From assembly GCA_964459155.1 (NCBI GenBank), contig CAYWKF010000007.1, positions 10,671 through 74,670 of the forward strand: a stretch of 64,000 nt of DNA, written 5' to 3'. Below the pieces are notes generated by a model that saw only the letters and a list, made by a program, of their open reading frames with translations, was not told the origin of the DNA and did not search any database. The stretch comes from an uncultured Desulfobacterales bacterium (GTDB lineage: Bacteria > Desulfobacterota > Dissulfuribacteria > Dissulfuribacterales > JALVPX01). The translations under genes were made by a program, and so were the position numbers. Shown in pieces: positions 37,451 through 48,600 of this stretch; the first letter of the stretch is position 1, and the number at the start of each line of letters is the position of its first letter.

Positions 37451-40400
37451 ATGGAAAAGCGTTCCTATTTTATCCCCCTTTTCTTATCTTTGCTCCTTTT
37501 TGTTTCTGCCGTGGCTGTAGTATTCAATGCGATAGGCAGCTTGAAAAAGAGCAAAATAGGAACGATCAACACATTGCTCAAAGAACGAGCCACAGAGGTA
37601 TCCGAACGAGTTGAAACACTGCGTTTCAATCTAGACTTATTAGCTTTGAATCCGTCTGTAAATAAATGGATCAAAGATCTCAACGTATCTTCTTTTGAGA
37701 CATATATCGCCCGACTTCATGAAAACGAGGGATTAAAAGCTATTTACATAATGGATGATCAGGGGAAGTGCATACTTTCTACTGATAAAAGATTTTTGGG
37801 TAATAACTACGGCTTCAGGCCATACTTTAAAGACGCAATGGCCTATGGCAGGGGAACCTATGTGGCAAAAGGGGTCACTTCCCATGAGGTAGGCCTGTAT
37901 CTATCCAAAAAGATGGAATTTACGCCTGGAAAAGGCGTAGGAAGACCCATGGTCATGGTCTTCAAAGTCGACCCCAAGGCGCTGCTGGCTGCTTCACATC
38001 TTCTTGACATAAAAGAAATGGAGACATGGCTGGCCACATCTGATGGTGTACTCTTCAGGCCTGGATTAAAAGGTTTTTACACTCTGAATCCGATGAACGC
38101 AGAATGGCACAGCCGAATCAGTAAAATGCGGCAATTTGGAGGTGGTCAAATTGACAACCTAGGTTTTCCTATAGACACTTGGCACAAGCTCTTGTTACTT
38201 GGGACCATTACGGCCTCCAAAAACGGGAAACTTTTTCACATTACTAGAATCGGCCTTACAGAAAATGGTTTATCTTCTGTGGTTATATTGCCCGATTCAT
38301 TTGAGTCCCCGGAATACGCCATATTGAAAGGAACAGTGATTGTGATGTCATGCCTGTTCCTGCTGGCAGTTATTCCTTTAGGCATCCTTATTTTTTTTAT
38401 CAAGAAACAGCAAGATGAATTGTATGACACGAAAGCTCAAATAAGGCTGTTAGACACTGCTGTGGAGCAGGCGGCACACATGATTGTAATAACAGATGCC
38501 GATGGCAGGATAGAATATGTGAATCCTGCCTTTATCGAGACCTCGGGGTATTCATCTGAAGAGGTGATTGGAAGCAATCCTGGCATCCTAAAAAGCGGTT
38601 ACCATACCCATAGCTTTTATCAAGAATTGTGGAAGACGATAAAAAATGGCCTAGTGTGGCAAGGCCGCTTTTACAACCGAAAGAAGGACGGCACATGTTT
38701 CTGGGCAGATGCACTAATAAGTCCTGTTTTTAATGAAAAAGGCTCCATAAGTCACTTCATAGCGATACAACACGATGTTTCCGAGCTTGTAGCCTTGGAA
38801 GAGCAACTCAGGAAAAAGGTCTTTGAGCTTCAGGCCGTCATGGATCATGCAGGTGTTGGCATACTACTGGTCAAAAACCGACGGATTTTGATGGTCAACA
38901 AGATGCTGGCAAAAATCTTTGCTTTGAATCCGGAGGACATGATTGGCAAAGAAACTCAGCTATTCTATTCATCTCGAAAAGAGTATGAGATGATAATGGA
39001 AAAGTGGTATCCAAGACTTTTAAATGGTGAACGTGTGGTTTTTGAACACAAGACCAAAATAAACGGGGACAAAACTAGATATTTTCTCGTAGTTGGAAAG
39101 GCATCCAAGCCTGGTGATTTGGCAACCATGGAAACCGTTTGGGTGCTCCATGACATCACAGAATTAAAAACTCTTCAAAATGAACTCAAAGAGGCCAAGG
39201 AAAAGGCTGAGGCAGCTAGCAGGGCCAAAAGCGAATTCTTGGCCAATATGAGCCACGAGATACGGACACCTCTTAACGGTGTGATAGGAATGCTTGATCT
39301 TCTCGCCACCACACCACTCGATGATACACAAAAAAACTATTTAGAAAATGCATCAACCAGTGCACAGATACTTTTGGATCTCTTGAATGATGTTCTCGAT
39401 TTTTCCAAGATTGAAGCTGGTAAACTCAGCCTCGAAGAGGTGGAGTTCGATCTGCATGCCCTGATCAATGGACTGGCAGCTTCCATCCGAGGGTTGGCTG
39501 CCCAAAAGGATTTGGAAATCAAAGTCAGCATAGATAGTTTGCTTCCAGTTTGTGTAAAAGGCGATCCCACCAGGCTAAGGCAAGTGCTCATGAACCTTCT
39601 GGGCAATGCTGTGAAATTTACTAGAAAGGGCTGGATCGAAATTTCTGCAATCCCTTTGGAACAGGTGGATCAAGAAATCACTATCCGTTTCACCGTGGAA
39701 GACAGCGGAGTAGGAATCCCTGATGACAAAAAATCTTTGCTTTTTCAGGAATTTACTCAAGTGGATACATCTGTGACCAGAAAATTTGGAGGTACAGGCC
39801 TAGGATTAGCCATATCCAAGAGGTTAGTCGAAATGATGGGGGGTGACATAGGAGTGGATAGTGAACTGGGCCAGGGATCAAAATTTTGGTTTACAGTTCG
39901 CATGGTCAAGGGAAATGAAAAGGCGCAGGGATGCCAGAAGGCGTTAACCAATCTTGGTTTTGATCTTTATGAGTACAAGCAGATTGCAGAAAAAAATCCC
40001 AAAAGAGTTCTAGTCGTGGATGACAACATCATAAATCAGCAAATCCTCCTTTCGATGCTCCAAAAACTGGGGCTGAAGGCTGAAGCCGTGAGCAATGGCG
40101 AAGATGCAGTGGAGGCACTCTCTGCGATACCATATGATTTGGTACTAATGGACATTCAGATGCCTGTCATGGATGGCATGGAGGCCACTAGACGGATCCG
40201 TTCCCTGAACTCAACAGCCATTAATCCCCGAATTCCAATTATTGCTCTCACGGCCCACGCCTTCAGGGAAGAAATTGAGGAATTCTTACAATGCGGAATG
40301 GATGACCACCTTGCAAAACCGATTACGTTGGAAAAATTGTCATTGAGTTTAAAAAAATGGCTTTTTGACCAAGAGCCTGGCAAGAACATGCAACACAAAG

Positions 40401-40855
40401 AATATCCTGCTGATGACTTAGTTCCAGTGGCTATCCATAACGATGAAGAATCGTCAAGCGCGGATTTGAAAGCTTTGAGGATCTTTGACAGACAAGTGTT
40501 CGAGGAAAGGACCTTCTGTAACAAAGAACTCATGAAGCGCCTCTTGATGACTTTTCTGAGGTATATTCCAAAGGAAATCAAGGCCCTTTCGGAAGGCCTA
40601 GAAAATGGAGACCTGGTGGAAGTCCAGAAAAGAGCCCATTCAATAAAGGGCTCTTCGGCAAACATGGGAGCCGAAAAGCTGTTTGCCATTGCGGCAGACT
40701 TGGAATCCCTGATCAGGACAGGAAAGGGAGAACGCAGCAAGCTTGCGAACAAGATCGATCAAATAAGAAAAGCCTTTGATGAGCTGGCTAAAGAACTAGA
40801 AGTTCTACTGGAAGAATGCATAGTCTATATCAAGAAGCAGAATTCAAATCGCTGA
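37451..40855 (+). CDS. Hybrid sensor histidine kinase (TM-Cache-TM-PAS-PAS-HisKA-HATPase-REC-Hpt)
   Basis: [53 protein letters not shown], Hpt AHSIKGSS; periplasmic FRPYF. Confidence 0.95.
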   Translation: MEKRSYFIPLFLSLLLFVSAVAVVFNAIGSLKKSKIGTINTLLKERATEVSERVETLRFNLDLLALNPSVNKWIKDLNVSSFETYIARLHENEGLKAIYIMDDQGKCILSTDKRFLGNNYGFRPYFKDAMAYGRGTYVAKGVTSHEVGLYLSKKMEFTPGKGVGRPMVMVFKVDPKALLAASHLLDIKEMETWLATSDGVLFRPGLKGFYTLNPMNAEWHSRISKMRQFGGGQIDNLGFPIDTWHKLLLLGTITASKNGKLFHITRIGLTENGLSSVVILPDSFESPEYAILKGTVIVMSCLFLLAVIPLGILIFFIKKQQDELYDTKAQIRLLDTAVEQAAHMIVITDADGRIEYVNPAFIETSGYSSEEVIGSNPGILKSGYHTHSFYQELWKTIKNGLVWQGRFYNRKKDGTCFWADALISPVFNEKGSISHFIAIQHDVSELVALEEQLRKKVFELQAVMDHAGVGILLVKNRRILMVNKMLAKIFALNPEDMIGKETQLFYSSRKEYEMIMEKWYPRLLNGERVVFEHKTKINGDKTRYFLVVGKASKPGDLATMETVWVLHDITELKTLQNELKEAKEKAEAASRAKSEFLANMSHEIRTPLNGVIGMLDLLATTPLDDTQKNYLENASTSAQILLDLLNDVLDFSKIEAGKLSLEEVEFDLHALINGLAASIRGLAAQKDLEIKVSIDSLLPVCVKGDPTRLRQVLMNLLGNAVKFTRKGWIEISAIPLEQVDQEITIRFTVEDSGVGIPDDKKSLLFQEFTQVDTSVTRKFGGTGLGLAISKRLVEMMGGDIGVDSELGQGSKFWFTVRMVKGNEKAQGCQKALTNLGFDLYEYKQIAEKNPKRVLVVDDNIINQQILLSMLQKLGLKAEAVSNGEDAVEALSAIPYDLVLMDIQMPVMDGMEATRRIRSLNSTAINPRIPIIALTAHAFREEIEEFLQCGMDDHLAKPITLEKLSLSLKKWLFDQEPGKNMQHKEYPADDLVPVAIHNDEESSSADLKALRIFDRQVFEERTFCNKELMKRLLMTFLRYIPKEIKALSEGLENGDLVEVQKRAHSIKGSSANMGAEKLFAIAADLESLIRTGKGERSKLANKIDQIRKAFDELAKELEVLLEECIVYIKKQNSNR

Positions 40856-40886
40856 TATAGACCCTTTGAATCTGTAAAGCAGCTTG

Positions 40887-43151
40887 TTACCAAATCCCCC
40901 TGTAACCCAGTTCTTTTCTGATACGGTCCAGGCGCCTTTCCAGGTCAATACGCCATTCAGCGTGTATCCTGGCAGCAGGAGGGGCAATCAATTCCGGCAA
41001 GCCATAAACAAGCCTGTTTGCAGCATGACTGGCCTCTATGACCGCTTCGATACTCCTGGCTCCGAATTTGTAATGTGCAATCAGAAGACGAAGTAGAAGG
41101 CCAGACGTCTTTCTGGCTGCTTTCCTCCAATGTGTGTTCATCTGGTGGGCAATAATAAAAGCACGCTTTAACAATATCCTTTTGAGTTCGGCAAGCTCTT
41201 CCTCTGTGGCTGAATCTCTCAACAACGTTTCTGGTATATCTATTCCGTCTATATCAAGGACCACCCTCAACCGGCTCATGAAATCTGGTATCTTGAGGGT
41301 CTTGACCGCATGTTGAGCAGCTGGATCAGGTTGATGGAGCAAAGCTTCCATCTCGTCCCAAGAATATTTTACCCCCCCTGCAAATACGAAGATGGAACGG
41401 CCTATATAATGGGGAATGCCGTGGACATAAGTTACGCCGTCCTGCATTGATGGCAAGAAGTAGCGCAGGTATCCAAACTCCTCTCCTTCATAAGGACAAT
41501 CAAACTCGTCCCAGAAGGCTATGGGAACCTTCCCTTTGGCAACAGATGCCCGTACAAGGTCAATGGCGGAATTGATCTCTTCTGGACCGGAGAACTGTGT
41601 CAAATTGAACTCAAAGAATTCAAAAGGATTGACATCAAAGTGTTTTGAAATCACCTTTGCGACCTCAGTAACAGCAAAGGACTTTCCTGAACCAGGTGGA
41701 CCGAATACGCCAATGCAGAGCGGACGTTTGAAGCCTTCTTTAGAGACATAGCTGTCCATAACACCTTTTAAGGTGACCACAGGTGCCATCTCAGCAGGAT
41801 CCGTAGTTCTTAGGGCACCTACCTGGAAAATCCTCAAGCCCTCAAAGCCCCTTTTCCTGTTCACCTCTTCTTTCAGGTGCTTGAGCACCGAAAGAATCAC
41901 GCCCATATATCCCAGGCGTTCTTCCATAGGCTCTTCCAACACACCATAGGGACAGGTGGGATTTGGGTGGAAAAAGCTCCGGAAGGCCTTTTTCCTTTCC
42001 TCATTCCATTCCTGGCAAGCCACTGTTTCAAGAATCTTGTCAAATTCTGGGGTAAAAGGCTTTAACTCAAAAAATGCGGGATCGATTTTCGTTTCCAAAA
42101 AAGAGCATTGTAGACCACTGGGAAATATGGAAGAAAAATCCAGCTCTGGGAATTTCAATTCATCATCAAACAGGTAGCCATTTTCTGCCAACAACTTCCA
42201 ATTCAAAAGCACTCTTTTGGAAAAATCGAAGAAATAACTGCGCTGTATAGGAATTTGCCCTAGTGTGAGAGCGTCTATGGCAAGCATTGCAGGAACCAAG
42301 GTATCGTAGCATGGGACGGATCCCTTTTTGCCAGCCGAGGATTTTTCTGGCAGGCAGCCTTCACGGTGGCGGAACATGGCGATTTCAGGCCCCAGATAGA
42401 GGATTCCGTGTGGATACATCTCGACCAGTAGATGATTTCTAAATTTTTCCTGTTCTTTATCCCAAAGACCAACTTCGTCAGATTTCAAGGCCCTGATACT
42501 CATGGCCACCACCGACTCCCAGACCACAGCACTGTCCATCTCCATCCGGGTTGTCTCCAGGTCTGACAGCCTGCAAAACAAAATGAATCTCTCACCAAAG
42601 GCCTCTGCATAGGACTGCCAATGGGCTGCACTTATGCCCAGTGCCATGAGCCATGCCCCTGGATTACGCATTTTCAGCTCTTGGGCAATATCAGGAGGGC
42701 TTCCACCATCGTCTATTATTATGATTCCGTCATTACCTTCAAAAACTTCTTTATGAGGGCCGTTGAGGTCGATCTCGTCTGGCTCAGGCTTTCTGCCCTT
42801 AGGTGGCAATATCTGGTGAACCATAAACCAGCCATGTTTGTCTTCGGAGTATTGTTCCCTGGTCTTTTTGAAGAGCTGGAATATCTCCTTTATCTCACCA
42901 TAATACTTGGTATTGATTTCAGGTTTTTCTATGCCAGTACTGTCCAAAAAAGAAGAAAGCCAAGTGACGCATTCTTCCAGCCTTCCTTCCTGGACGCTGA
43001 TCTGTCCAGCCAAAAGCTCTATGAAATCACCTGGGTTGTAGCCATAAGCTGGCAGGCTGCCCTCTGCTATTAAGCTTACCTCCTTTATGGGCAGATTGGT
43101 AATAACTGCCCTTGAGCCTAAAAGTAGGATCTTTTTTGAAGACACTGGCAT
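40887..43151 (-). CDS. Uncharacterised AAA+ ATPase with large N-terminal region
   Basis: GPPGSGKS, FNLTQF, IAFWDEFD, FVFAGG, FMSRLR, GARSIE. Confidence 0.8.
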   Translation of the reverse strand: MPVSSKKILLLGSRAVITNLPIKEVSLIAEGSLPAYGYNPGDFIELLAGQISVQEGRLEECVTWLSSFLDSTGIEKPEINTKYYGEIKEIFQLFKKTREQYSEDKHGWFMVHQILPPKGRKPEPDEIDLNGPHKEVFEGNDGIIIIDDGGSPPDIAQELKMRNPGAWLMALGISAAHWQSYAEAFGERFILFCRLSDLETTRMEMDSAVVWESVVAMSIRALKSDEVGLWDKEQEKFRNHLLVEMYPHGILYLGPEIAMFRHREGCLPEKSSAGKKGSVPCYDTLVPAMLAIDALTLGQIPIQRSYFFDFSKRVLLNWKLLAENGYLFDDELKFPELDFSSIFPSGLQCSFLETKIDPAFFELKPFTPEFDKILETVACQEWNEERKKAFRSFFHPNPTCPYGVLEEPMEERLGYMGVILSVLKHLKEEVNRKRGFEGLRIFQVGALRTTDPAEMAPVVTLKGVMDSYVSKEGFKRPLCIGVFGPPGSGKSFAVTEVAKVISKHFDVNPFEFFEFNLTQFSGPEEINSAIDLVRASVAKGKVPIAFWDEFDCPYEGEEFGYLRYFLPSMQDGVTYVHGIPHYIGRSIFVFAGGVKYSWDEMEALLHQPDPAAQHAVKTLKIPDFMSRLRVVLDIDGIDIPETLLRDSATEEELAELKRILLKRAFIIAHQMNTHWRKAARKTSGLLLRLLIAHYKFGARSIEAVIEASHAANRLVYGLPELIAPPAARIHAEWRIDLERRLDRIRKELGYRGIW

Positions 43152-43157
43152 GCTCCT

Positions 43158-43775
43158 TCACCTCGCTTCTTTACTGCTGCCAAGTTTTTTCACTGATTTT
43201 ATAATCACTGGTTCAACAGGAACATCCCTGTAAAGGCCCCTCGAGGTGGTTCGAACCTTGGCTATTTTGTCAACAACGTCCATGCCTTTTATAACTTTGC
43301 CAAATACAGCATAGCCGAATCCTCTGGGTGAATTGTCCCGGTGATCCAAAAAATGATTGTCTCTCACATTTATAAAAAACTGTGACGTGGCACTATCTAT
43401 AACGCCTGTTCTGGCCATGGCTATGGTGCCACGGAAATTTTTGACATCAGGCCGTGCTTCGTTCTTTATTGGCGCAAGGGTTTTGATCTTGGTCATATCT
43501 GGCCTAAACCCGCCCCCCTGAATCATGAAGCCATCTATTACCCTGTGAAAGATGGTACCATTGTACGCACCTGCCTCTACATATTTTAGAAAATTTTTTA
43601 CAGTAAGAGGGGCCTTATCAGGCCAGAGTTCCACTACTATTTCACCCAGGTTTGTTTCAATTGCCACAACAGGCCTTTTACTTACCTCCAGGTTCTCTCC
43701 ATAAGAATTGGACAAAAAGTATGTTGAAGCCAACAATACCACTACAAAGGATGCCACAGAAACTTTCAAACTCAT
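43158..43775 (-). CDS. ppiA: Cyclophilin-type peptidyl-prolyl isomerase with signal peptide
   Basis: [46 protein letters not shown]; start trimmed to ATG 43775. Confidence 0.93.
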   Translation of the reverse strand: MSLKVSVASFVVVLLASTYFLSNSYGENLEVSKRPVVAIETNLGEIVVELWPDKAPLTVKNFLKYVEAGAYNGTIFHRVIDGFMIQGGGFRPDMTKIKTLAPIKNEARPDVKNFRGTIAMARTGVIDSATSQFFINVRDNHFLDHRDNSPRGFGYAVFGKVIKGMDVVDKIAKVRTTSRGLYRDVPVEPVIIKSVKKLGSSKEAR

Positions 43776-43819
43776 ATTCCCTCCTTTTGATATTTTATCA
43801 CCAACTAAATTTTGAGACA

Positions 43820-43852
43820 AAACAAAAAGCCTGCACCTTGACTGGTACAGGC
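43820..43852 (-). terminator. Intrinsic terminator downstream of rpmA
   Basis: Minus strand GCCTGTACC-AGTCAA-GGTGCAGGC followed by TTTTTGTTTT; a second hairpin at 43869-43896 precedes it. Confidence 0.75.
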
Positions 43853-43914
43853 CTTAAAAAAAGCAGCTGCCTTGAAACTCAACAATGGTTCAAGGCGCGT
43901 GAAATAAAATATCC

Positions 43915-44169
43915 TTAAGCAGCTGGATAAACGCTTACCCGCTGGCGGTTGTTGACGGTTTCAAATTGCACGATACCGTCTACTTTGGCAAACAGGGTAT
44001 AGTCTTTGCCGCAACCTACATTTTTGCCTGGATGAAACTTGGTTCCAAGCTGACGGACTAATATATTGCCGGCTTTCACAAACTGCCCGCCATATCTTTT
44101 GACTCCCCTGCGCTGGCCTTTGCTGTCTCTACCATTTCTGGTGCTGCCGCCTGCTTTCTTATGTGCCAT
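43915..44169 (-). CDS. rpmA: 50S ribosomal protein L27
   Basis: [30 protein letters not shown]. Confidence 0.99.
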   Translation of the reverse strand: MAHKKAGGSTRNGRDSKGQRRGVKRYGGQFVKAGNILVRQLGTKFHPGKNVGCGKDYTLFAKVDGIVQFETVNNRQRVSVYPAA

Positions 44170-44182
44170 GATGTCACCTCGC

Positions 44183-44494
44183 TTAAACCTGTATCGACTC
44201 TATTTCAATGGCCGTGTAGGGTTGCCTGTGCCCTTTCTTGACCTTGTAACCCTTCCGGCGCTTCTTTTTCATAATGGTAACCTTCTTTCCCTTGCCATGC
44301 TCCAAGATCTTTACCTTTACAGAAGCATTTTCAATGGTCGGTGTGCCAATCTTACATTCCTCTTCCTGAACTATCAAACGCACATCCTGCAGCTCAAATT
44401 CTTCACCTACTTCACCAGGAAGTTTTTCTACTTTTATTACCTCTCCGGGAGTAACCTTGTATTGTTTGCCGCCTGTGTGGACTACAGCGTACAT
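44183..44494 (-). CDS. rplU: 50S ribosomal protein L21
   Basis: [22 protein letters not shown]; start trimmed to ATG 44494 after GGAGG. Confidence 0.97.
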   Translation of the reverse strand: MYAVVHTGGKQYKVTPGEVIKVEKLPGEVGEEFELQDVRLIVQEEECKIGTPTIENASVKVKILEHGKGKKVTIMKKKRRKGYKVKKGHRQPYTAIEIESIQV

Positions 44495-44530
44495 AAATTC
44501 CTCCATTGATTCAATTTGAGACAGCAGCAA

Positions 44531-44558
44531 AAAATAACATCTCACCGTCTAGTGTCAA
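44531..44558 (-). promoter_or_regulatory. Possible sigma70 promoter of rplU-rpmA
   Basis: Minus strand TTGACA (44558-53), 16 nt spacer, TATTTT preceded by TG (extended -10). Confidence 0.4.
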
Positions 44559-44620
44559 GTATTTCCTAAAAGTGATCATCCCTGTGAACTTTACATCCAA
44601 GCCGTCTTTTATACAAATAT

Positions 44621-44659
44621 ACAAAACAAAAGGCAGGCCCAGTCACCCAGGCCTGCCTT
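44621..44659 (-). terminator. Intrinsic terminator downstream of the cold-shock gene
   Basis: Perfect 10 bp stem AAGGCAGGCC/GGCCTGCCTT followed by a T-rich tract on the minus strand. Confidence 0.8.
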
Positions 44660-44681
44660 GTTAAAAGCACCAGCTTTGTTG

Positions 44682-44888
44682 TTAGTTTTCGTCTGAACGG
44701 ACGGCGGAAGCTTGTGGACCCTTTGGGCCTTCGACTATGTCGAATTCAACACTCTGTCCCTCTTCCAATGACTTGAAGCCTTCGCCTTCGATTGCACTGA
44801 AATGGACAAAGACATCAGGGCCGTCTTCCTGAGAAATAAATCCGTAGCCCTTTTGGTCGTTGAACCATTTAACTGTTCCTTTTGCCAT
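44682..44888 (-). CDS. Cold-shock protein (CspA family)
   Basis: [29 protein letters not shown]; start ATG 44888. Confidence 0.97.
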   Translation of the reverse strand: MAKGTVKWFNDQKGYGFISQEDGPDVFVHFSAIEGEGFKSLEEGQSVEFDIVEGPKGPQASAVRSDEN

Positions 44889-45180
44889 GGTCGTTACTCC
44901 TTTCCTATATTTACTTGGGTACTTCCGACCCATTTTGTGATGCACTTTCTATGGTTCGAAAAGCCCAAACGGAAAAGATTCCGCCATGTACTGCTTCCTA
45001 CGCCATACTGATTGTTGCATCGAAATCAAGGGGATGTTTCAGTACTGAAATATGCCGCTTGATAACTATGTAGGACTAGTCTGATGAGATTACAGAATAG
45101 CCGTAACTCCAAAGATACGTGCATAGTCACCAGGTGTCAATGAAAAAAAGAGCATTTGGCTGCTATAAAGGTTTTTATTT

Positions 45181-45609
45181 ATGCAAGATTTAAAAATAGG
45201 ACAAAATATCATCATTCCCCAACGAGAATTAAAGGTCACCTTTTCCCGTTCCAAAGGCCCAGGCGGCCAAAACGTAAACAAAGTCAACACCAAGGTCACA
45301 TTGTATTTTAATGTAGAGCATTCTGAGGCCCTGACACAGGAACAGAAAAGACGTATCAAACAGAAATTGGCATCACGCATGAGTCGGAATGGGGTATTGA
45401 TACTGAGTGCTTCGAATCACCGCAGCCAGCATGCAAACAGAGAAACGGCTTTAAGGCGGTTATCTGACCTCTTGACCGGAGCCCTGAAAGTGCAGCCTGT
45501 CAGGAAAAAGACAAAAATTCCAGGAAAAGCGCATAAAAAAAGACTCAAGGCAAAAAAGCACAGGAGCAAAATAAAGGCACTGAGATCCAAAGGATTTCTC
45601 ACTGATTGA
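45181..45609 (+). CDS. arfB: Alternative ribosome-rescue peptidyl-tRNA hydrolase ArfB
   Basis: SKGPGGQNVNKV, RSQHANRE, basic C-terminal tail. Confidence 0.92.
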   Translation: MQDLKIGQNIIIPQRELKVTFSRSKGPGGQNVNKVNTKVTLYFNVEHSEALTQEQKRRIKQKLASRMSRNGVLILSASNHRSQHANRETALRRLSDLLTGALKVQPVRKKTKIPGKAHKKRLKAKKHRSKIKALRSKGFLTD

Positions 45610-45617
45610 AAAATTTT

Positions 45618-48600
45618 CTATTTCAAAGAGATCTCCACATGGGGTCCGGTACTGTTGGAATCCAGGGCCTTTGGTTCCACGATGAAGATTCTTTTCGGAT
45701 CTATTTCTCCTGTTTGGATGAGATGTTTTTTTAATGTCTCAGCCCTGTCCATGCCCAGTTTTCTCAAATCTCCAGCGCTGATTTCGATATGTTCTTTCAT
45801 CATCCTTTCCATGACTTTAGGAGGCTGCTTTTTCACTATTCCAAATAGATGCGTTGGTTTTTTGAACCTTGCATGCTTGTATGCCTTCCACAAATATTTT
45901 GGCCTTTCTTCCGGATACACTGTCACTTGCTCAACAGAAAGGCTGGCTTTCTCTTTTTTGCTGAGATCATTGAACTTTTCTTTTTTAATGGCAAACTCAA
46001 ACCGTTTTTCCAGCAAGGCTTTGGAATCTGCTTGTGGATCATAACGACCTGTCAGTTCTACGTTGATTTTAGGCCGCTCGCTCAGCGCTTTCTTCAAAAC
46101 TTCCAACTTTTTTTGAGCATCCGGACCAAGTATGGCACTGCCTGGTTCAAATGGCACAACTTGAAGATCTTCACCTCCGCCGAAAACTGCGCCCAAGAGG
46201 GCAAAAGGCGAAGTTGCTGCTTTTACTATCAAATTGGTTATTGCTCTCCATACTGCTCCTTTCACGCTGAATTCAGGGTCATCCAGCTTACCCTCCACTG
46301 GTATGTTCAACTTTATGTGACCTTTTCTGTCAGTAAGCAGAGACAAAGCAAGCCTGATTGGAAGATTGGGAGCGTCGGGGCTATCAACATGCCTTCCTAG
46401 GGTGAATTGGTCTAAAAATATTTTATTGGAGGCCTTTATGCGGTCATTGTCCACTGTGTAGTGGAGATCCAAATTGAGCTTTCCTTTTTGAATGAGATAA
46501 CCAATATATCTTCCTGCATAAGGGGTAAACAAAGGCAACCCCACATCCAAAACATCTATTTTAAGATCTGCATAAAGTGGAGTGGCAAAGGGATTAACCT
46601 TTCCTGATATTTTCATTTTAGAGCTATGGTTGATCAGTGCCTCTATGTCAACCTCAGCTCGTGCCTCCCTTTGAGATGAAAGACCTTTTAGACTGCCCTG
46701 GATTTCGTTTAGGCTTGTTGCAAAGCGCGGATCAATGGAAAAGTCACTGAATGTTATACAGCTATTTTTTATAGTTAAAAGCGCCAACTCGGCCCAGAAG
46801 GTGTTGTCAAGCTTTTCATCGCCTTTATCATGGTCCTTACTGTCCGCCTGTCCATCCTTGTTGTCAATATTCAATATCTTTTTGACGTTGAGTTCGCCTT
46901 TTTCATCCATTATGAAATCTATATGGAGGCCATCAACGGAGACTTCCCTTGCCTTCACCCTCATGGGCCTGGTCACAAATTTCAAATCCTTTGTTGACAA
47001 AGAAGTACAAGAAAAGATCTGTTTGTTAATCTGTTTGTCGATGAGAACAGCCTTTTTAACTCCTCCATTTCCACTTAATTCAAACAGTGGGCCTTTTTTG
47101 GGGTCTGCACTGTACCAAAGGTTCCCATGCCAGTTAAAAGTTCCACTGCTCAGTACACCATTTACGAACCCTTCCACATAAGGCTGAAAAAGAGGCAGGG
47201 ATATGTTAGCCAAAGCCATTTTTGCCGTTGCCGAATCACCGTTTACTGAAGCCTTGCCCTTGGCCCTGATCTTTCCGTTCTTTTCAAGGTTGGCATCCAA
47301 TTCGAAATCAAATTCCGATTTTTCATCCAAGCTGACATGGGAAATGATCAGATCAATGGGATACAGCTCAATTTTCGCGGGTTGTGCTGCCGTGCTGTCT
47401 TCAAAGTCTAGCCCGCACTCTCTCAGAGCTACTTCGCCAATGGTAACTTTCCACTTGGAGCCTTCTTTCTCGGCAGGACGCACGCCTTCCTCGTCAGTTT
47501 GGCCTGCTCCATCCTTAACTGGCAGCAAATCCATGAAATTTACAGAACCATCTTGCCTTATTTGCAATTTGGCCCTGGAAGCTTTCACATTTATTGCATC
47601 AACGTCCACGGTTTGATCATTTAAATCCACAAAGCCTTTTTCGATATCTAACAGAGGAACCGATAAGAGGGCGCTTTGATTAGGCGAGTCAAGCTGTAAA
47701 TTGGATATTGCGATGTTGCAGTCAGATATCTTAAAAAGATTCTCTTCTCCTTCCCCCACTGCATATGAGAACCTTGAGTCGATACTTGCCTTACCAGATG
47801 CAAATTCGCCTTTGAATTGGTCCATATAGTAAGGGGCATAAGATGGGATATTCATGCCGTCTAGCTTGAGTTTGAGATCCACTTTCACCGGATTGAGCAA
47901 CAACTCGCCTTGAATAGACAATTTTCCTCCCAGGCTCACCATGGAAGCCAGCGTGAAATTAGAGGTTTCGCCTTTTTTATTCGAGAGGTTATGGATGGAA
48001 AGGGTTATTGCATTCAAATCCAATGAAAACGGAGCTGATAAAGCCTCATCTGCATAGTGAACGATGCCATTTTCCAAGGTAATGGCATCGATCAGAAAGT
48101 TTGGCTGTTGCGCTCCTTCTTGGCCGGAAGACTTGTCATCTGACTTACCTTTGTCATTATCCCGGACCAATTGGTTGAGGTTTATATTTCCAGATCCATA
48201 TCTCTTCACAAACAGTTCAGGAGAATCGATTTCGATTTTTGAAAGATGAAAATCAAAATCCATCAAATTTGATGGAGTCCATGCAGTGTTCACCTTTTTT
48301 AGATAGAAAAGCCTTTTTCCTTTTTGCTTTAATTCTATATCTGAAGCGCTTATGGTCCCATTTACAGAAATTACAGGCTCTTCCGCCTCTGCCATGGAAA
48401 AATTGAGTTTTAGATCCGTGTCAATGAGACCCGAAGCAAGCTCAAAACCAAGGTTATCTGGCAAGTATGGCACATAATGGGTAAGATCCAGCTTTTTTAT
48501 CTCAATATCAAGACCAGTCTCCCTGGTTTCCTTAAAAGGCTTGCTGGAGCCTTTGAATTCAAAAGGAGCACCGTTCAAAGAAAAAGAGAGGTGTGGTGTT

